A DNA stretch of 64,000 bases, from the IMG/VR virus record IMGVR_UViG_3300033075_001021; one strand, 5' to 3'. A program made the position numbers and the translations under genes. The notes under the pieces are model-generated. The model saw only the letters and a program-made list of their open reading frames with translations, was not told the DNA's origin and searched no databases. This document shows, one piece after another, positions 9,820-19,830 of this stretch (position 1 is its first letter; each line of letters starts with the position of its first letter). This DNA is from a virus. Lineage: Duplodnaviria > Caudoviricetes.

Positions 9820-10362
9820 CTACTTATCTTTAACTTTTTTCAAATAATCTTCATAAAGCTCATCATCAGATTTACCATTCCAATTACGCCAACCAGCCCC
9901 ATACACGGGGCCTAGTTCACCCCACTTCTTTGCAAACTCATCATCGGTTTTAATTTTATCAATAAATTCTTCCATTGTAAATTGACCATCTAGTTCAAAG
10001 GCAGATAAACCGTTTATTTCAGTTGGTTGAACTGATTTGATTTTAAAATCATGTGGGTTAGACGAAAACTGTGATTTGTTTAAATAATTCTTATAAGCAT
10101 CTCCATTCCAAATATGACATTCATCTTCAATTAGTGATTTTATATTGGTGTCACCACGAAGAAACCAAAGCAATTCAGCTACGATACCCTTGAAGTACAT
10201 TTTTTTGGTTGTAAGCAAAGGAAACCCATCTTGCATGTTATGACGAATTTGCCAACCAAAAATTGATTTGGTTCCAGTTCCAGTACGGTCTTTCTTACCG
10301 TCACCAAAACGAATAATAAAATCAAGTAATTCTCGATATTGTCTGTCTAAGTTATTTGCCAT
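9820..10362 (-). CDS. thyA: Thymidylate synthase, N-terminal fragment
   Basis: DRTGTGT, FPLLTTKK, ELLWFLRG, LGPVYG..WR.W motifs. Confidence 0.93.
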   Translation of the reverse strand: MANNLDRQYRELLDFIIRFGDGKKDRTGTGTKSIFGWQIRHNMQDGFPLLTTKKMYFKGIVAELLWFLRGDTNIKSLIEDECHIWNGDAYKNYLNKSQFSSNPHDFKIKSVQPTEINGLSAFELDGQFTMEEFIDKIKTDDEFAKKWGELGPVYGAGWRNWNGKSDDELYEDYLKKVKDK

Positions 10363-10513
10363 TTGAGTTAGTGTTTAAAATGTTGTTATATTCTTCAATT
10401 GTCAAGAATTGAGTATCTCCATTACTTACTTGAACAATTACGCCAGTTGGCTGTTCATCGCTTTCATCTTGAATCCAATTGATAAGCGTTATTTCAAAAT
10501 TATTCGTATTCAT
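10352..10513 (-). CDS. Small hypothetical protein (53 aa, not in ORF track)
   Basis: MNTNNFEITLINWIQDESDEQP...; fills the gap and overlaps both neighbours. Confidence 0.5.
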   Translation of the reverse strand: MNTNNFEITLINWIQDESDEQPTGVIVQVSNGDTQFLTIEEYNNILNTNSNGK

Positions 10514-10739
10514 AGTCAATGTTATTTTTGTATATCCACAAATGATTGTAAAGATTAAAAATTGTTAATTCAATTTGAAATGCTGGAGTATGTTCACCTA
10601 AAAACCTATCAAAATTAATCTTAAATTCAAAAAAGGTAAATCCGTCAGAAAGCTTTCGTATTGGGGCAAATAGTTGTATTTCCCAAAGTAATTTCTTTTT
10701 TTTCCATAAGGTACCAAACAATACAAGTCCGATATTCAT
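10500..10739 (-). CDS. Hypothetical protein
   Basis: 79 aa ORF. Confidence 0.55.
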   Translation of the reverse strand: MNIGLVLFGTLWKKKKLLWEIQLFAPIRKLSDGFTFFEFKINFDRFLGEHTPAFQIELTIFNLYNHLWIYKNNIDYEYE

Positions 10740-10816
10740 ATCTTAACAATTTTACAAGGTTTATTATACTTTTCACAAAGAGAAATGCTATGTTGTGTTC
10801 CACGTGAAATACCATT
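10736..10816 (-). pseudogene. Displaced 3' end of the SLOG/DUF2493-like gene
   Basis: NGISRGTQHSISLCEKYNKPCKIVKI* aligns ungapped with DQKSKGTLHSINLAKELKKPIRIITF*. Confidence 0.8.
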
Positions 10817-11385
10817 TATTTTATAATATTTTTATCTTTTAAATTAAGATATACTGAGCTAATCCAATGTATAAATTCATCGTGATGGTATTTGTTTTTG
10901 ATGAAATTACATTTTGAACAACATGGAACGACATTATCTAAATAATACCCTTTTTCGTTATCTAATCTGTCAATACCATTAAACTTATAAGGTCCATTTA
11001 ATTTTTGTTTTTTAAACTCAAAAATAGGTTCAGTTCCGCAATAATAACAATCGGATTCAAAGATTTTAATCATCTCCTCATCGGTTAGATTAAAACTGAT
11101 TCCTTTAAATTTTGCATTATGCCTATAATTGTAAATCAATGCGTTTCGATTAGCTATTCCAAATGCTTTTCTCCTTTTTGCCCCGTAATCAATTTCTTTT
11201 TTTATACAACCACAACTTTTAGTATGGTTATTAACTACTTTAGATGCTTCTACTATTACTATATTTCCACAATCACATTGACACTTATATTTTTTTCTTT
11301 TATAAGAAGCTTTTGGCATTACTTCAATAATCAATAATTTATTAAATTTTTTTCCGATTAATTCATCTTTCTTATTTTGTTCCAT
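10816..11385 (-). CDS. HNH-type homing endonuclease
   Basis: CQCDCGN...SCGC; CYYCG...GIDRLDN.KGY..DNVVPCCSKCN. Confidence 0.85.
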   Translation of the reverse strand: MEQNKKDELIGKKFNKLLIIEVMPKASYKRKKYKCQCDCGNIVIVEASKVVNNHTKSCGCIKKEIDYGAKRRKAFGIANRNALIYNYRHNAKFKGISFNLTDEEMIKIFESDCYYCGTEPIFEFKKQKLNGPYKFNGIDRLDNEKGYYLDNVVPCCSKCNFIKNKYHHDEFIHWISSVYLNLKDKNIIK

Positions 11386-11419
11386 TAGTATTACTTTAAT
11401 AATAAATATAGCAATGGAA

Positions 11420-11761
11420 CTAAAAGGTTATAATTCGTATCGGTTTTTTTAATTCTTTAGCTAAATTAATTGAATGTAATGTCCCTTTTGATTTTTGGTC
11501 CCAAAATGCAATTACATAATCAGCATTTTTGATGATATCTTCATTACGTATAAAGCCAGCTGATTTACCATATTTGTCCCATTCAGGTAGAAAGATAAGA
11601 GTATCTATGCCGTGTCTTTCAGCCCACTGTTCACCCATCTTATCAGCACCTTTGGCACCACCTGACACAACCAATTCGATTTGAAAAATCAATGGGTTCA
11701 ATGTTTCATTTAATAAATCAATGTCATTGAACCCACGACTCCCAATAATGGCTAATTTCAT
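11420..11761 (-). CDS. SLOG-family (DUF2493/YspA-like) protein
   Basis: IIGSRGF, VSGGAKGAD, AGFIRN, FWD..SKGT. Confidence 0.8.
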   Translation of the reverse strand: MKLAIIGSRGFNDIDLLNETLNPLIFQIELVVSGGAKGADKMGEQWAERHGIDTLIFLPEWDKYGKSAGFIRNEDIIKNADYVIAFWDQKSKGTLHSINLAKELKKPIRIITF

Positions 11762-11988
11762 TATTTGGTCTTTTTTGATTTTACTGGTTTGCTTTTGGCC
11801 AACTTTTCAGCCAAGCCATCTTTCATCAAAATCGCAACCAATGTTGAATGCTCTTTTGATTTGTAATAAATGGACTTTTCCCTGCGTCCATTAAAAAATG
11901 CCAATTGAGTATCTCTATCAATGGCGTACCACAAATCTTCATATGGATTGTACCAGAAGATGTAGTTGTAAAGGTTCATGCTATTCAT
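11761..11988 (-). CDS. Hypothetical protein
   Basis: 75 aa coupled ORF. Confidence 0.55.
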   Translation of the reverse strand: MNSMNLYNYIFWYNPYEDLWYAIDRDTQLAFFNGRREKSIYYKSKEHSTLVAILMKDGLAEKLAKSKPVKSKKTK

Positions 11989-12463
11989 GTTCTTCAGTTT
12001 TAGGTGTTAAAAAATTGTTAAGTAATGTTTGTATTTCTTGAAGTGTTTTGCTAAACAGTTCCAATGCTTCTTGTGTTGAATTCTTCCCAAGAGTAATCGC
12101 ATCATCAACATGCACTGCGTATTTCATCTTGTCAATTAATTCTCGTCTTTTAGTCTCATAAAGCGCTTTTTCTTCTTTGGCTTTAAGGTCATCGGCTTCC
12201 TCAAGTATCTTAGTTGGGTCAACTTTCTCTAGCTTTTCAAAAGCATACTTTTTAATATGGGTATTGAATACTTGGCCTTGGCTTTCCGCAATTTCTAATC
12301 GCATATAGTCGGCTCTGGAGACACCTTTATATCGATATTTCTGACCTGATTTGAAAATGAGGTCTAAATCGTTAGATTCTGTGTTATACACGGAACCTAG
12401 TACATTTGAAGAATCATATAATGCTTTTATAAGGCTATCTTTTTCAACTCTTTTTAATATCAT
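11981..12463 (-). CDS. KTSC-domain protein
   Basis: SSNV...Y...L.L.FKSG..YRY.GV.......AESQG..FN..IK. Confidence 0.8.
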   Translation of the reverse strand: MILKRVEKDSLIKALYDSSNVLGSVYNTESNDLDLIFKSGQKYRYKGVSRADYMRLEIAESQGQVFNTHIKKYAFEKLEKVDPTKILEEADDLKAKEEKALYETKRRELIDKMKYAVHVDDAITLGKNSTQEALELFSKTLQEIQTLLNNFLTPKTEEHE

Positions 12464-12696
12464 AATGTTGTTCTATATGTAATAATGTTATCTAAACTGT
12501 AAACCCGATTAGTCGTAATAGTATTATCGTTCTCTGATTCAACATTAGATATAATCATAAAGTTACCTGTTAATGTCATTCTAGCATCCAAAAATTCAAG
12601 TCTTATACTTGAATTAGACCTATTTAAAGAATCCATTAATAAATCTTTACCATTTATAACCAATTCGATTTTTTTATAGGCTATTGTTTCATTCAA
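12460..12696 (-). CDS. Hypothetical protein
   Basis: 78 aa ORF behind a TATCTTTG promoter. Confidence 0.5.
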   Translation of the reverse strand: MNETIAYKKIELVINGKDLLMDSLNRSNSSIRLEFLDARMTLTGNFMIISNVESENDNTITTNRVYSLDNIITYRTTL

Positions 12697-12787
12697 TATT
12701 TACATTTTACACAAAGATACAAATATTTATCGATATAGTCAAGTTGACAATAAAGAAATAAAATCGTATATTTGTAACATAATAGAC

Positions 12788-15301
12788 ATGAACCGTGAAA
12801 TTTACCCAAAAGTCAAAATTATCATCAATAAGGCAATGCAAGAAGCAAAAAACCTAGATGATATTAAAATAAGACCTGAACACATAACACTATCTATACT
12901 AAATGATGATAATGAATGTGTTGATGCTCTTAGGAATTTAAAAGTTGATACAACAGAAGTAGTGGAGAAAATTATTGACTTTCTTAGAAAGGCCGACTTA
13001 ACACCAAGAGTATCACAAAGCAAAAGAGTTAGATTACCATTTTCAGATGAATCGAAAGAAATTATCAAAACTCTTGATAAAGAATGTGAAGCTATGAATG
13101 ATAAGATGATTAACTTAGCACATCTTATGTTAGCAATATTAGCACATCGAACACCAGCAACTAAAATATTTTCAGAGTTCGGTGTAACATATAACAGTTT
13201 TAAAAAAACAATCATGGAAGACAACAACATCAAAAATGACAGAATCGACGACGATTTTAATGACGAATTTCCAGAAGAACAAGAACGCTTCAGAAGAATG
13301 AAAAAGAAAAACGAATCCACCAAAACACCCGTTTTAGATAATTTTTGTCGGGACATTTCTAAAGCTGTTGAAAAAGGAACCATTGACCCTGTCGTTGGTC
13401 GTGAAAAAGAAATCAAACGCATTTCACAAATCCTTTCAAGAAGAAAGAAAAATAACCCAGTATTGATTGGTGAACCAGGCGTTGGTAAAACATCTATCGT
13501 TGAAGGTCTAGCCCAATTAATTAAAGACGGAAATGCACCAAGAACAATTGCCAATAAAAAAGTTTATAGTTTAGATTTAGCTGCAATTGTTGCTGGTACA
13601 AAATATCGTGGACAGTTTGAAGAAAGGATGAAAGCTATCCTTGAAGAATGTAAAGGAAACCCAGACGTAATCCTTTTTATTGATGAATTACACACTATTA
13701 TTGGTGCTGGTAACGCTTCTGGTTCATTGGATGCATCCAATATCTTTAAACCAGCATTAGCACGTGGAGAAATTCAAATCATTGGTGCGACAACCTTGGA
13801 TGAATATCGTGAACACATCGAAAAAGATGGTGCCCTTACCAGAAGGTTTCAACAAGTTCTTGTTGAAGAACCAACACTTGAAGAGACAAAAATCATCTTA
13901 AAAAACATCAAAGACAAATATGAAAAACACCACAAGGTTCATTATACCGATGAAGCTATTGAAGAGTGTGTTAAATTGTCTGACAGATATATCATGGAAC
14001 GTTCAATGCCAGATAAAGCAATTGATGTGTTGGATGAAGCTGGCGCTGCAACAAATGTAAGCCTTGAAAAACCACAATCTGTCAAAGACCTTGAACTTAA
14101 AAAAATCGAAATCCTCAATAGAAAGAAAGAAGTTATCAGCAAACAAAAATATGAAGAAGCTGCTAAACTAAGGGATGAAGGTGCTAAGATTGATGAACAA
14201 CTCTCAAACGCACTAAAAGATTGGAGTGCAAGGCTTGAAAAGAAAGTCACCACTGTTGGTGTTGAACAAATTTCTGAAGTGGTATCAATGATGACTGGTA
14301 TCCCTCTAACCAAAATTTCAACCCAAGAAAGCAAACGCTTGATGAACCTTGATAAAGAACTAATGGGTCGGGTTATAGGCCAAGATGACGCTGTTACAAA
14401 AGTCGTTAAAGCAATCAAGAGAAGTCGTATTGGTATCAAAGATAAAAACAAACCCATAGGTTCATTCATTTTCTTAGGTCCAACTGGTGTGGGTAAAACC
14501 TATCTTGCAAAACTTCTTGCCGAACATGTTTTTGGTGATGAAGACGCACTTGTTAGAATCGATATGACTGAGTTCATGGAAAAACATACAATATCAAGAT
14601 TAATTGGCGCACCTCCAGGTTATGTTGGTTATGAACAAGCTGGTCAATTGACTGAAAAAATTAGAAGAAAACCACACAGCGTTGTATTGTTTGATGAAAT
14701 TGAAAAAGCACACGAAGATGTTTTCAATATCCTTCTTCAAATAATGGATGAAGGTCACATAACCGATGGCCAAGGTAGAAAAGTAAACTTTAAAAACACT
14801 TTAATTATCCTAACCTCAAACGTCGGTGTTAAAGAACTTAGTCAATTCGGTACAAGTGTAGGTTTCCAAACATCCACTTCTTCAACCAATGAAGATGAAA
14901 GGGCAAAAACAATTATTGAAAAAGCACTCAAGAAAAAGTTTAAACCAGAATTCTTAAACCGTATCGATGAATCAATAATCTTTAACGGACTTAAAATGGA
15001 AGACATTCAAAAAATCATCCACAAAGAAATTGAGAAACTTGAAGCGCGTATTGGTGAAGTTGGTTACAAAATTAAATTGAATAAAGCCGCTATTGAATTC
15101 TTAGCCAAAGAAGGTTACGATGAAGAGTATGGCGCTAGACCATTGGCAAGAACCATTCAACGTTATGTCGAGGACCCCGTCGCCGACGAAATACTAAGCG
15201 GAAATGTTAAAGATGGCGATGTAATCAAAATCATCTTTGATAAGACCAAAAATGAGATTGTCGTCAAATCAGATAAGACAGCCAAAGTCGAAGAAGAATA
15301 A
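12788..15301 (+). CDS. clpC: ClpC/ClpA-B family AAA+ chaperone
   Basis: Clp-N domain, GEPGVGKT and GPTGVGKT Walker A motifs, [12 protein letters not shown]-like middle coil. Confidence 0.93.
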   Translation: MNREIYPKVKIIINKAMQEAKNLDDIKIRPEHITLSILNDDNECVDALRNLKVDTTEVVEKIIDFLRKADLTPRVSQSKRVRLPFSDESKEIIKTLDKECEAMNDKMINLAHLMLAILAHRTPATKIFSEFGVTYNSFKKTIMEDNNIKNDRIDDDFNDEFPEEQERFRRMKKKNESTKTPVLDNFCRDISKAVEKGTIDPVVGREKEIKRISQILSRRKKNNPVLIGEPGVGKTSIVEGLAQLIKDGNAPRTIANKKVYSLDLAAIVAGTKYRGQFEERMKAILEECKGNPDVILFIDELHTIIGAGNASGSLDASNIFKPALARGEIQIIGATTLDEYREHIEKDGALTRRFQQVLVEEPTLEETKIILKNIKDKYEKHHKVHYTDEAIEECVKLSDRYIMERSMPDKAIDVLDEAGAATNVSLEKPQSVKDLELKKIEILNRKKEVISKQKYEEAAKLRDEGAKIDEQLSNALKDWSARLEKKVTTVGVEQISEVVSMMTGIPLTKISTQESKRLMNLDKELMGRVIGQDDAVTKVVKAIKRSRIGIKDKNKPIGSFIFLGPTGVGKTYLAKLLAEHVFGDEDALVRIDMTEFMEKHTISRLIGAPPGYVGYEQAGQLTEKIRRKPHSVVLFDEIEKAHEDVFNILLQIMDEGHITDGQGRKVNFKNTLIILTSNVGVKELSQFGTSVGFQTSTSSTNEDERAKTIIEKALKKKFKPEFLNRIDESIIFNGLKMEDIQKIIHKEIEKLEARIGEVGYKIKLNKAAIEFLAKEGYDEEYGARPLARTIQRYVEDPVADEILSGNVKDGDVIKIIFDKTKNEIVVKSDKTAKVEEE

Positions 15302-15305
15302 AGAT

Positions 15306-15328
15306 AAACCCCACTTTTTGTGGGGTTT
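15306..15328 (+). terminator. Intrinsic terminator
   Basis: AAACCCCAC-TTTTT-GTGGGGTTT. Confidence 0.7.
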
Positions 15329-15344
15329 GTTATATTTATGAGAT

Positions 15345-15746
15345 ATGAAAGCCACAATAAAAAAATTGTTAAATGAGCGATTATTGGATAAACATTCAGA
15401 AGAACAAGTTGCTCTTTTAAATGAATTTGTTGGATTTGCTGCCGATTTTTTGGGTATCAAAAAACCTAAAATAGTCTTACAATACGGACGTGATGGGTTA
15501 ACAACTACCGCCGCTTATGTTGACGGTAAAATACATGTATATGCAAAAGAAAGGGCGATTGTTGATATTATGAGGTCTATAGCCCATGAGATGACACATC
15601 TTAAACAAGACGTTGAAAAACGCTTAGAAAAGAAGGACCATATTAAAAATAATGCGGCTGGTTCACCAATAGAAAATGAAGCAAATGCCAAGGCTGGGGA
15701 AATAATGAGAAAATTTGGTGAAAATCACCCAGAAATATACATCTAA
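15345..15746 (+). CDS. Zincin-like (HExxH) protein
   Basis: RSIAHEMTH...ENEANA. Confidence 0.7.
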   Translation: MKATIKKLLNERLLDKHSEEQVALLNEFVGFAADFLGIKKPKIVLQYGRDGLTTTAAYVDGKIHVYAKERAIVDIMRSIAHEMTHLKQDVEKRLEKKDHIKNNAAGSPIENEANAKAGEIMRKFGENHPEIYI

Positions 15747-16618
15747 TGAAAGAAGCGTTATTACAGAAAGCAAAAGAACTGGTTAACACAAGACCAATCA
15801 AAGGATATTCGGCTAAACCACTTAAGGATGCTGCCAATACCGATATGACGTTATTTGCTCAGTATCTTTTAAACATTGCGGAACAAGCTATGGACCCAGC
15901 AAGCTTAAAAGCAACCATTGAAACTTATACCAAAGATTTAGTTGACATAGCACGATTATTTGCTAAGGAAAATCATGCGCTTAATGAGGAAAAAATAAAG
16001 GGTGGTAAAGCAGATAATTTATCAATTGATGATATCGCAAAAAAGTTTGACATCAATCCATCTAAAATTAGAAAAGAATTAGTCATGGGGGTGGAAGTTG
16101 AATTAGAACATACAGATAGCAGAACAACGGCCAAGGAAATTGCAATGGACCATTTATCTGAAATTCCAGATTATTACACCAGATTAAAAAAGATGGAAAA
16201 AGACGGAAGTAAGAAATGGACAACAGAATCAACTGTATTAATTAAGAAATTATTACATGAGGGGTTAAAATACAACGCCGCATCAACTTTGCTACTTGAC
16301 TTTGGTTTTTTAATTTCAAATAATTTTAGTCAAATAACAAAAATGGGTAAAGATGCAACAGCAACCAAAGAATTAAATCTTATGATGCAGAACCTAAGAA
16401 AACCAATCATAAACGGTCAAAACTATTTTGAAATCACTAAAGATGTTAATTCAGTAATAAGAAATCCAAAAATGTTATCAGCTGTTCTAGGAAAAATAAG
16501 AGAGTTTTTAATATATATTGAACCTAGAATACAAAAATTTGTTATTGATAATGAATTTAAAAAACATTGGTTGGAAAAAATCAATGGATTAAAATCCCTA
16601 TATAGAAGTATAATTTAA
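15746..16618 (+). CDS. Mosaic protein with a DUF5661-like module
   Basis: MGVEVELEHT...AKEIAMDHL.EIPDYYTRL. Confidence 0.65.
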   Translation: MKEALLQKAKELVNTRPIKGYSAKPLKDAANTDMTLFAQYLLNIAEQAMDPASLKATIETYTKDLVDIARLFAKENHALNEEKIKGGKADNLSIDDIAKKFDINPSKIRKELVMGVEVELEHTDSRTTAKEIAMDHLSEIPDYYTRLKKMEKDGSKKWTTESTVLIKKLLHEGLKYNAASTLLLDFGFLISNNFSQITKMGKDATATKELNLMMQNLRKPIINGQNYFEITKDVNSVIRNPKMLSAVLGKIREFLIYIEPRIQKFVIDNEFKKHWLEKINGLKSLYRSII

Positions 16619-16771
16619 ACCAATATATTCGTGACTAAAACATATACGTTTGTTATCAGCATAATGAGCATTGTAAACATTTTTATGTGTCACATCCTTT
16701 CTTAATTTTTTATTCTTGCTTGTTGGTTTCCATAAAGGCGAATGTTCACGGTAATAACCCATACGTGGATG
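16598..16771 (-). pseudogene. Displaced 3' end of the GNAT gene
   Basis: HPRMGYYREHSPLWKPTSKNKKLRKDVTHKNVYNAHYADNKRICFSHEYIG versus HPRMIWYREHSPLWKPTSKHKKLRTDITHKNIYNNHYGDNKRVCGSFEYIG. Confidence 0.92.
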
Positions 16772-16811
16772 CTTTTACTACTTTTCCACATATTTATTAA
16801 TAAATTGCAAT

Positions 16812-17528
16812 ATGCCGAGAAGATTAACAACGCAACAATTCATTGAAAGGGCCAATAAAATTCATAATAACAAGTACGACTATTCAAAAACTAAATTTGT
16901 TAATAGTAAAACTAAAGTTATTATTATTTGCCCAATACATGGGGAATTTGAACAGTTTCATAACAAACATCTATCTAAAAAGGGATGCCCAAAATGCGGT
17001 TTTATATCAAGATGTAACTTAGCAAGAAGTACTTCACATGATTTTATTACCAAAGCGATAAAAATTCATGGTGATAAATATAATTACGATAATGTTATTT
17101 ATACAGGTAAAGAAAATAAAGTAACAATAATTTGTGAAAAACACGGAAGCTTTAATCAAACACCACATAATCATTTAGCTGGAAATGGTTGCCCACATTG
17201 TAGAGAATCAAAAGGTGAACGTGAAATAAAACAATTTTTAATTGAAAATAATATTAAGTTTATACCACAAAAAAGGTTTAAAGATTGTCGTCACATATTA
17301 CCACTACCTTTTGATTTCTATCTTCCTGAATATAATATGTGTATTGAATATCATGGTATACAACATTTTAAACCGAGAAGTAAATTTGGTGGTGAAATTG
17401 AATTTAAGAAAGTTGTTTTAAGAGATAAAATAAAAGTTGAATATTGTATAAAAAATAAAATAAAACTTAATATCATAAAATATAATGACAATCTTTTAGA
17501 ATTACTTACATCCTATGTACTCAAATGA
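16812..17528 (+). CDS. Homing endonuclease with CPxHG zinc repeats and a C-terminal PD-(D/E)XK (Vsr/Hef-like) domain
   Basis: Two IICxxHG..CPxC repeats; SKGE..I, LPFDFYLP...CIEYHGIQHF. Confidence 0.8.
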   Translation: MPRRLTTQQFIERANKIHNNKYDYSKTKFVNSKTKVIIICPIHGEFEQFHNKHLSKKGCPKCGFISRCNLARSTSHDFITKAIKIHGDKYNYDNVIYTGKENKVTIICEKHGSFNQTPHNHLAGNGCPHCRESKGEREIKQFLIENNIKFIPQKRFKDCRHILPLPFDFYLPEYNMCIEYHGIQHFKPRSKFGGEIEFKKVVLRDKIKVEYCIKNKIKLNIIKYNDNLLELLTSYVLK

Positions 17529-17981
17529 ACCACAAACCCTTTTATTATCTCCATAGTGATTGTTATAAATATTTTTATGTGTTATGTCTGTTCTTAATTT
17601 CTTATGTTTACTAGTTGGTTTCCACAAAGGTGAGTGTTCTCTATACCAAATCATGCGTGGGTGGGCCGTTCTAGAAAAGTAACGTAACCCCTGTTCTAAG
17701 TGAATCTGACCTATTGCATCAGAAAACCTTACCCCAATACCCATTCCTTGAAAATCTGGCAAAATAACGGTCCTATGACCCCTCCAAGCGTTTTTCATGT
17801 TACCATTAGGTAAAGCAAGACTGGCACAAAACGCAACAACCTCATCATTCCAAACACCAACATAACATCTTGCGGCCTTATTGATATCTCCACTCAAATA
17901 ATGATGGTCTTTAAACATGGGCCAGATATGATGGCTTGCTGGATAAATCTCAATTTTGATTTCTGGACGGGCAAAAAAAAA
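17502..17981 (-). CDS. GNAT acetyltransferase domain, -1 frame continuation of the ABC ATPase
   Basis: RPEIKIEI...WPMFKDHHYLS...RTVILPDFQGMGIG (acetyl-CoA motif A); frame is open through the T9 run at 17973-17981. Confidence 0.8.
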   Translation of the reverse strand, partial: FFFARPEIKIEIYPASHHIWPMFKDHHYLSGDINKAARCYVGVWNDEVVAFCASLALPNGNMKNAWRGHRTVILPDFQGMGIGVRFSDAIGQIHLEQGLRYFSRTAHPRMIWYREHSPLWKPTSKHKKLRTDITHKNIYNNHYGDNKRVCGSFEYIGCK

Positions 17982-18571
17982 CCTTGGTGAAATTCACCAG
18001 TATCAGTGTCAATAACCCAATCTGGTTCCAACCATTCTAAGATATCACGATGACAAGTTGCTAATACAACATTATTGATATCGTTGTTTTTAATGTAACG
18101 TGATAATGATACACTAGCAGCCTTAGCAACGTTTCTATCAACGACACTACTAAATTCATCAATTACAGCATTTGATTCTAATTTACGAGCAACATCAGCC
18201 CTAAACTTTTCACCATTAGATAATACCTCGTATGGCTTATACCAAGAAGGAATCGTATTTAAACCGACAGCGCCCATTTTATTGATGGCTTCATCTGGTG
18301 ATTCAAAATGTGAAATGATTGGCAAATGATTGGACCAGATTGGTTTTTCTTCTTGACCAAAGTTTTTTAATAACGTTGATTTACCAGAACCACTTGAACC
18401 AACAATTACGCCTATCTTAAATTCTTTTGGGAGATTGATAGGAAGTTCCCATGGATAAAACTTTGACGTACCATCAAAAATACAATCAAAGGCTTTCTCA
18501 CTAGCCTCAATAAATTTGTCTTTCTGGACAGTAGATGTTAAAGGAATGTTTGATTTGATGAGTTTTTCCAT
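17894..18571 (-). CDS. ABC-type ATPase domain
   Basis: GSSGSGKS Walker A, LSNGEKFR signature, IDEF Walker B, CH switch. Confidence 0.85.
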   Translation of the reverse strand: MEKLIKSNIPLTSTVQKDKFIEASEKAFDCIFDGTSKFYPWELPINLPKEFKIGVIVGSSGSGKSTLLKNFGQEEKPIWSNHLPIISHFESPDEAINKMGAVGLNTIPSWYKPYEVLSNGEKFRADVARKLESNAVIDEFSSVVDRNVAKAASVSLSRYIKNNDINNVVLATCHRDILEWLEPDWVIDTDTGEFHQGFFLPVQKSKLRFIQQAIISGPCLKTIII

Positions 18572-18682
18572 GCAAATAATATATGCATGAATTGTAAAAA
18601 AATAAATGGTAAGTATGGAAAATACAAAGCTAGAGCGCATATTTCTTACGCTCTAGCCCATATTTTGTTCATCCAGAATGGA

Positions 18683-18889
18683 TTACTTAGATTTTGTTAA
18701 TTTGTTAACTTTAGCTTCTAAAGCAGCAATTTTTTGTTCAAGAATCGCACTTTTGTTACCTTTAGATGCTTGTTCAGCTAACCATTCTTTCTTTTTGATG
18801 CTAACTGCTTCGCTAACGATGTTATCGATTAAGTCGACCAAATCACCTTCAGAAATTTTAACTGTTTTCTTTACGTTTGACATGTTCAA
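18683..18889 (-). CDS. Small coiled-coil protein
   Basis: VKISEGDLVDLIDNIVSE leader, ATATTTAT motif upstream. Confidence 0.6.
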   Translation of the reverse strand: MNMSNVKKTVKISEGDLVDLIDNIVSEAVSIKKKEWLAEQASKGNKSAILEQKIAALEAKVNKLTKSK

Positions 18890-18967
18890 TAGATTTTAAG
18901 AATTTTTTATCTTACTAATAAATATGGGATTTTTTAGAAAAAGATAAAAAATTCTTATAACCCATTA

Positions 18968-19012
18968 TTAATGAGCGTATTTGTCACCACCATAGCTTGC
19001 TGCCCAAGCATC
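18968..19012 (-). pseudogene. Displaced 3' end of the YkuK-like gene
   Basis: DAWAASYGGDKYAH* versus ESWAASYGGDRYCH*. Confidence 0.88.
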
Positions 19013-19778
19013 ACCTAAATTTACAATTTTCAAAATGCCATCGCTTACCGTTTCCGATATCAACAACTTTATTACAGTATGGACATCTTGTTTTTGGTTG
19101 TTCTTTACCTTTATTATGTGCTTCCTTTCCTTTATTTGGATGTACATTTAAACGATAATATTCTTTTAATTTTTCAGATTGAATTTTATTTAATTCTGGG
19201 TTATTTTGTCTAATTTTCTTTTGTGTTTGCGATATTCTTTTCTTTTCTTCTTCTGATTTCGGCCCTGTTGAAACACCCTTATTCCACGCAGTTTGTTTTC
19301 CCTTAACACCTTTATTCCAAGGCACCCTACCCACAGATGGATGTTTAGTTTTTTTATACTTTTCTTTTAATGATATAGATATTTTTTGTTTTATTTCATT
19401 TGTTGGTGTATATGGTTTACCATGATATATGACTTCACCGTTTTTATACCGTTCTTTTAATGTTTCTGAAATTTTAGTTTTAGAATCTTTTGATAATATA
19501 CCATTACTCTGACCCCCAGTTTTTAGATTGTAGGTATCCTCACGATTAACCCAATTTTCGGTTACATATTCTTTTTCTTCCTGAAGTAATTCTTCTAATG
19601 AATTACAATATTTTAATATTTCACGTTTAAAATTTTCCTTTCCGTATTTTTTTAACGCTCTTTTAAAAGCTAATCCGCTACCTAAATACCCGTCATCCAA
19701 GTTTTTAGTTTGATGAATTCCAATGTAAACCTTATTGTTAATTAAGTTAGTCGTCTTGTACAAAATAAAATACTGCAT
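19011..19778 (-). CDS. GIY-YIG (Seg-like) homing endonuclease with NUMOD3-like repeats
   Basis: ILYKTTNLINNKVYIG..YLGSG..F.REIL..YNLKTGG; K.KIS and PWNKG repeats; start reassigned to 19778. Confidence 0.9.
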   Translation of the reverse strand: MQYFILYKTTNLINNKVYIGIHQTKNLDDGYLGSGLAFKRALKKYGKENFKREILKYCNSLEELLQEEKEYVTENWVNREDTYNLKTGGQSNGILSKDSKTKISETLKERYKNGEVIYHGKPYTPTNEIKQKISISLKEKYKKTKHPSVGRVPWNKGVKGKQTAWNKGVSTGPKSEEEKKRISQTQKKIRQNNPELNKIQSEKLKEYYRLNVHPNKGKEAHNKGKEQPKTRCPYCNKVVDIGNGKRWHFENCKFR

Positions 19779-19830
19779 ACTATTATTTTTAATAATAAAT
19801 ATGCAGCATCTTATAATGAGGATAAAAAAA

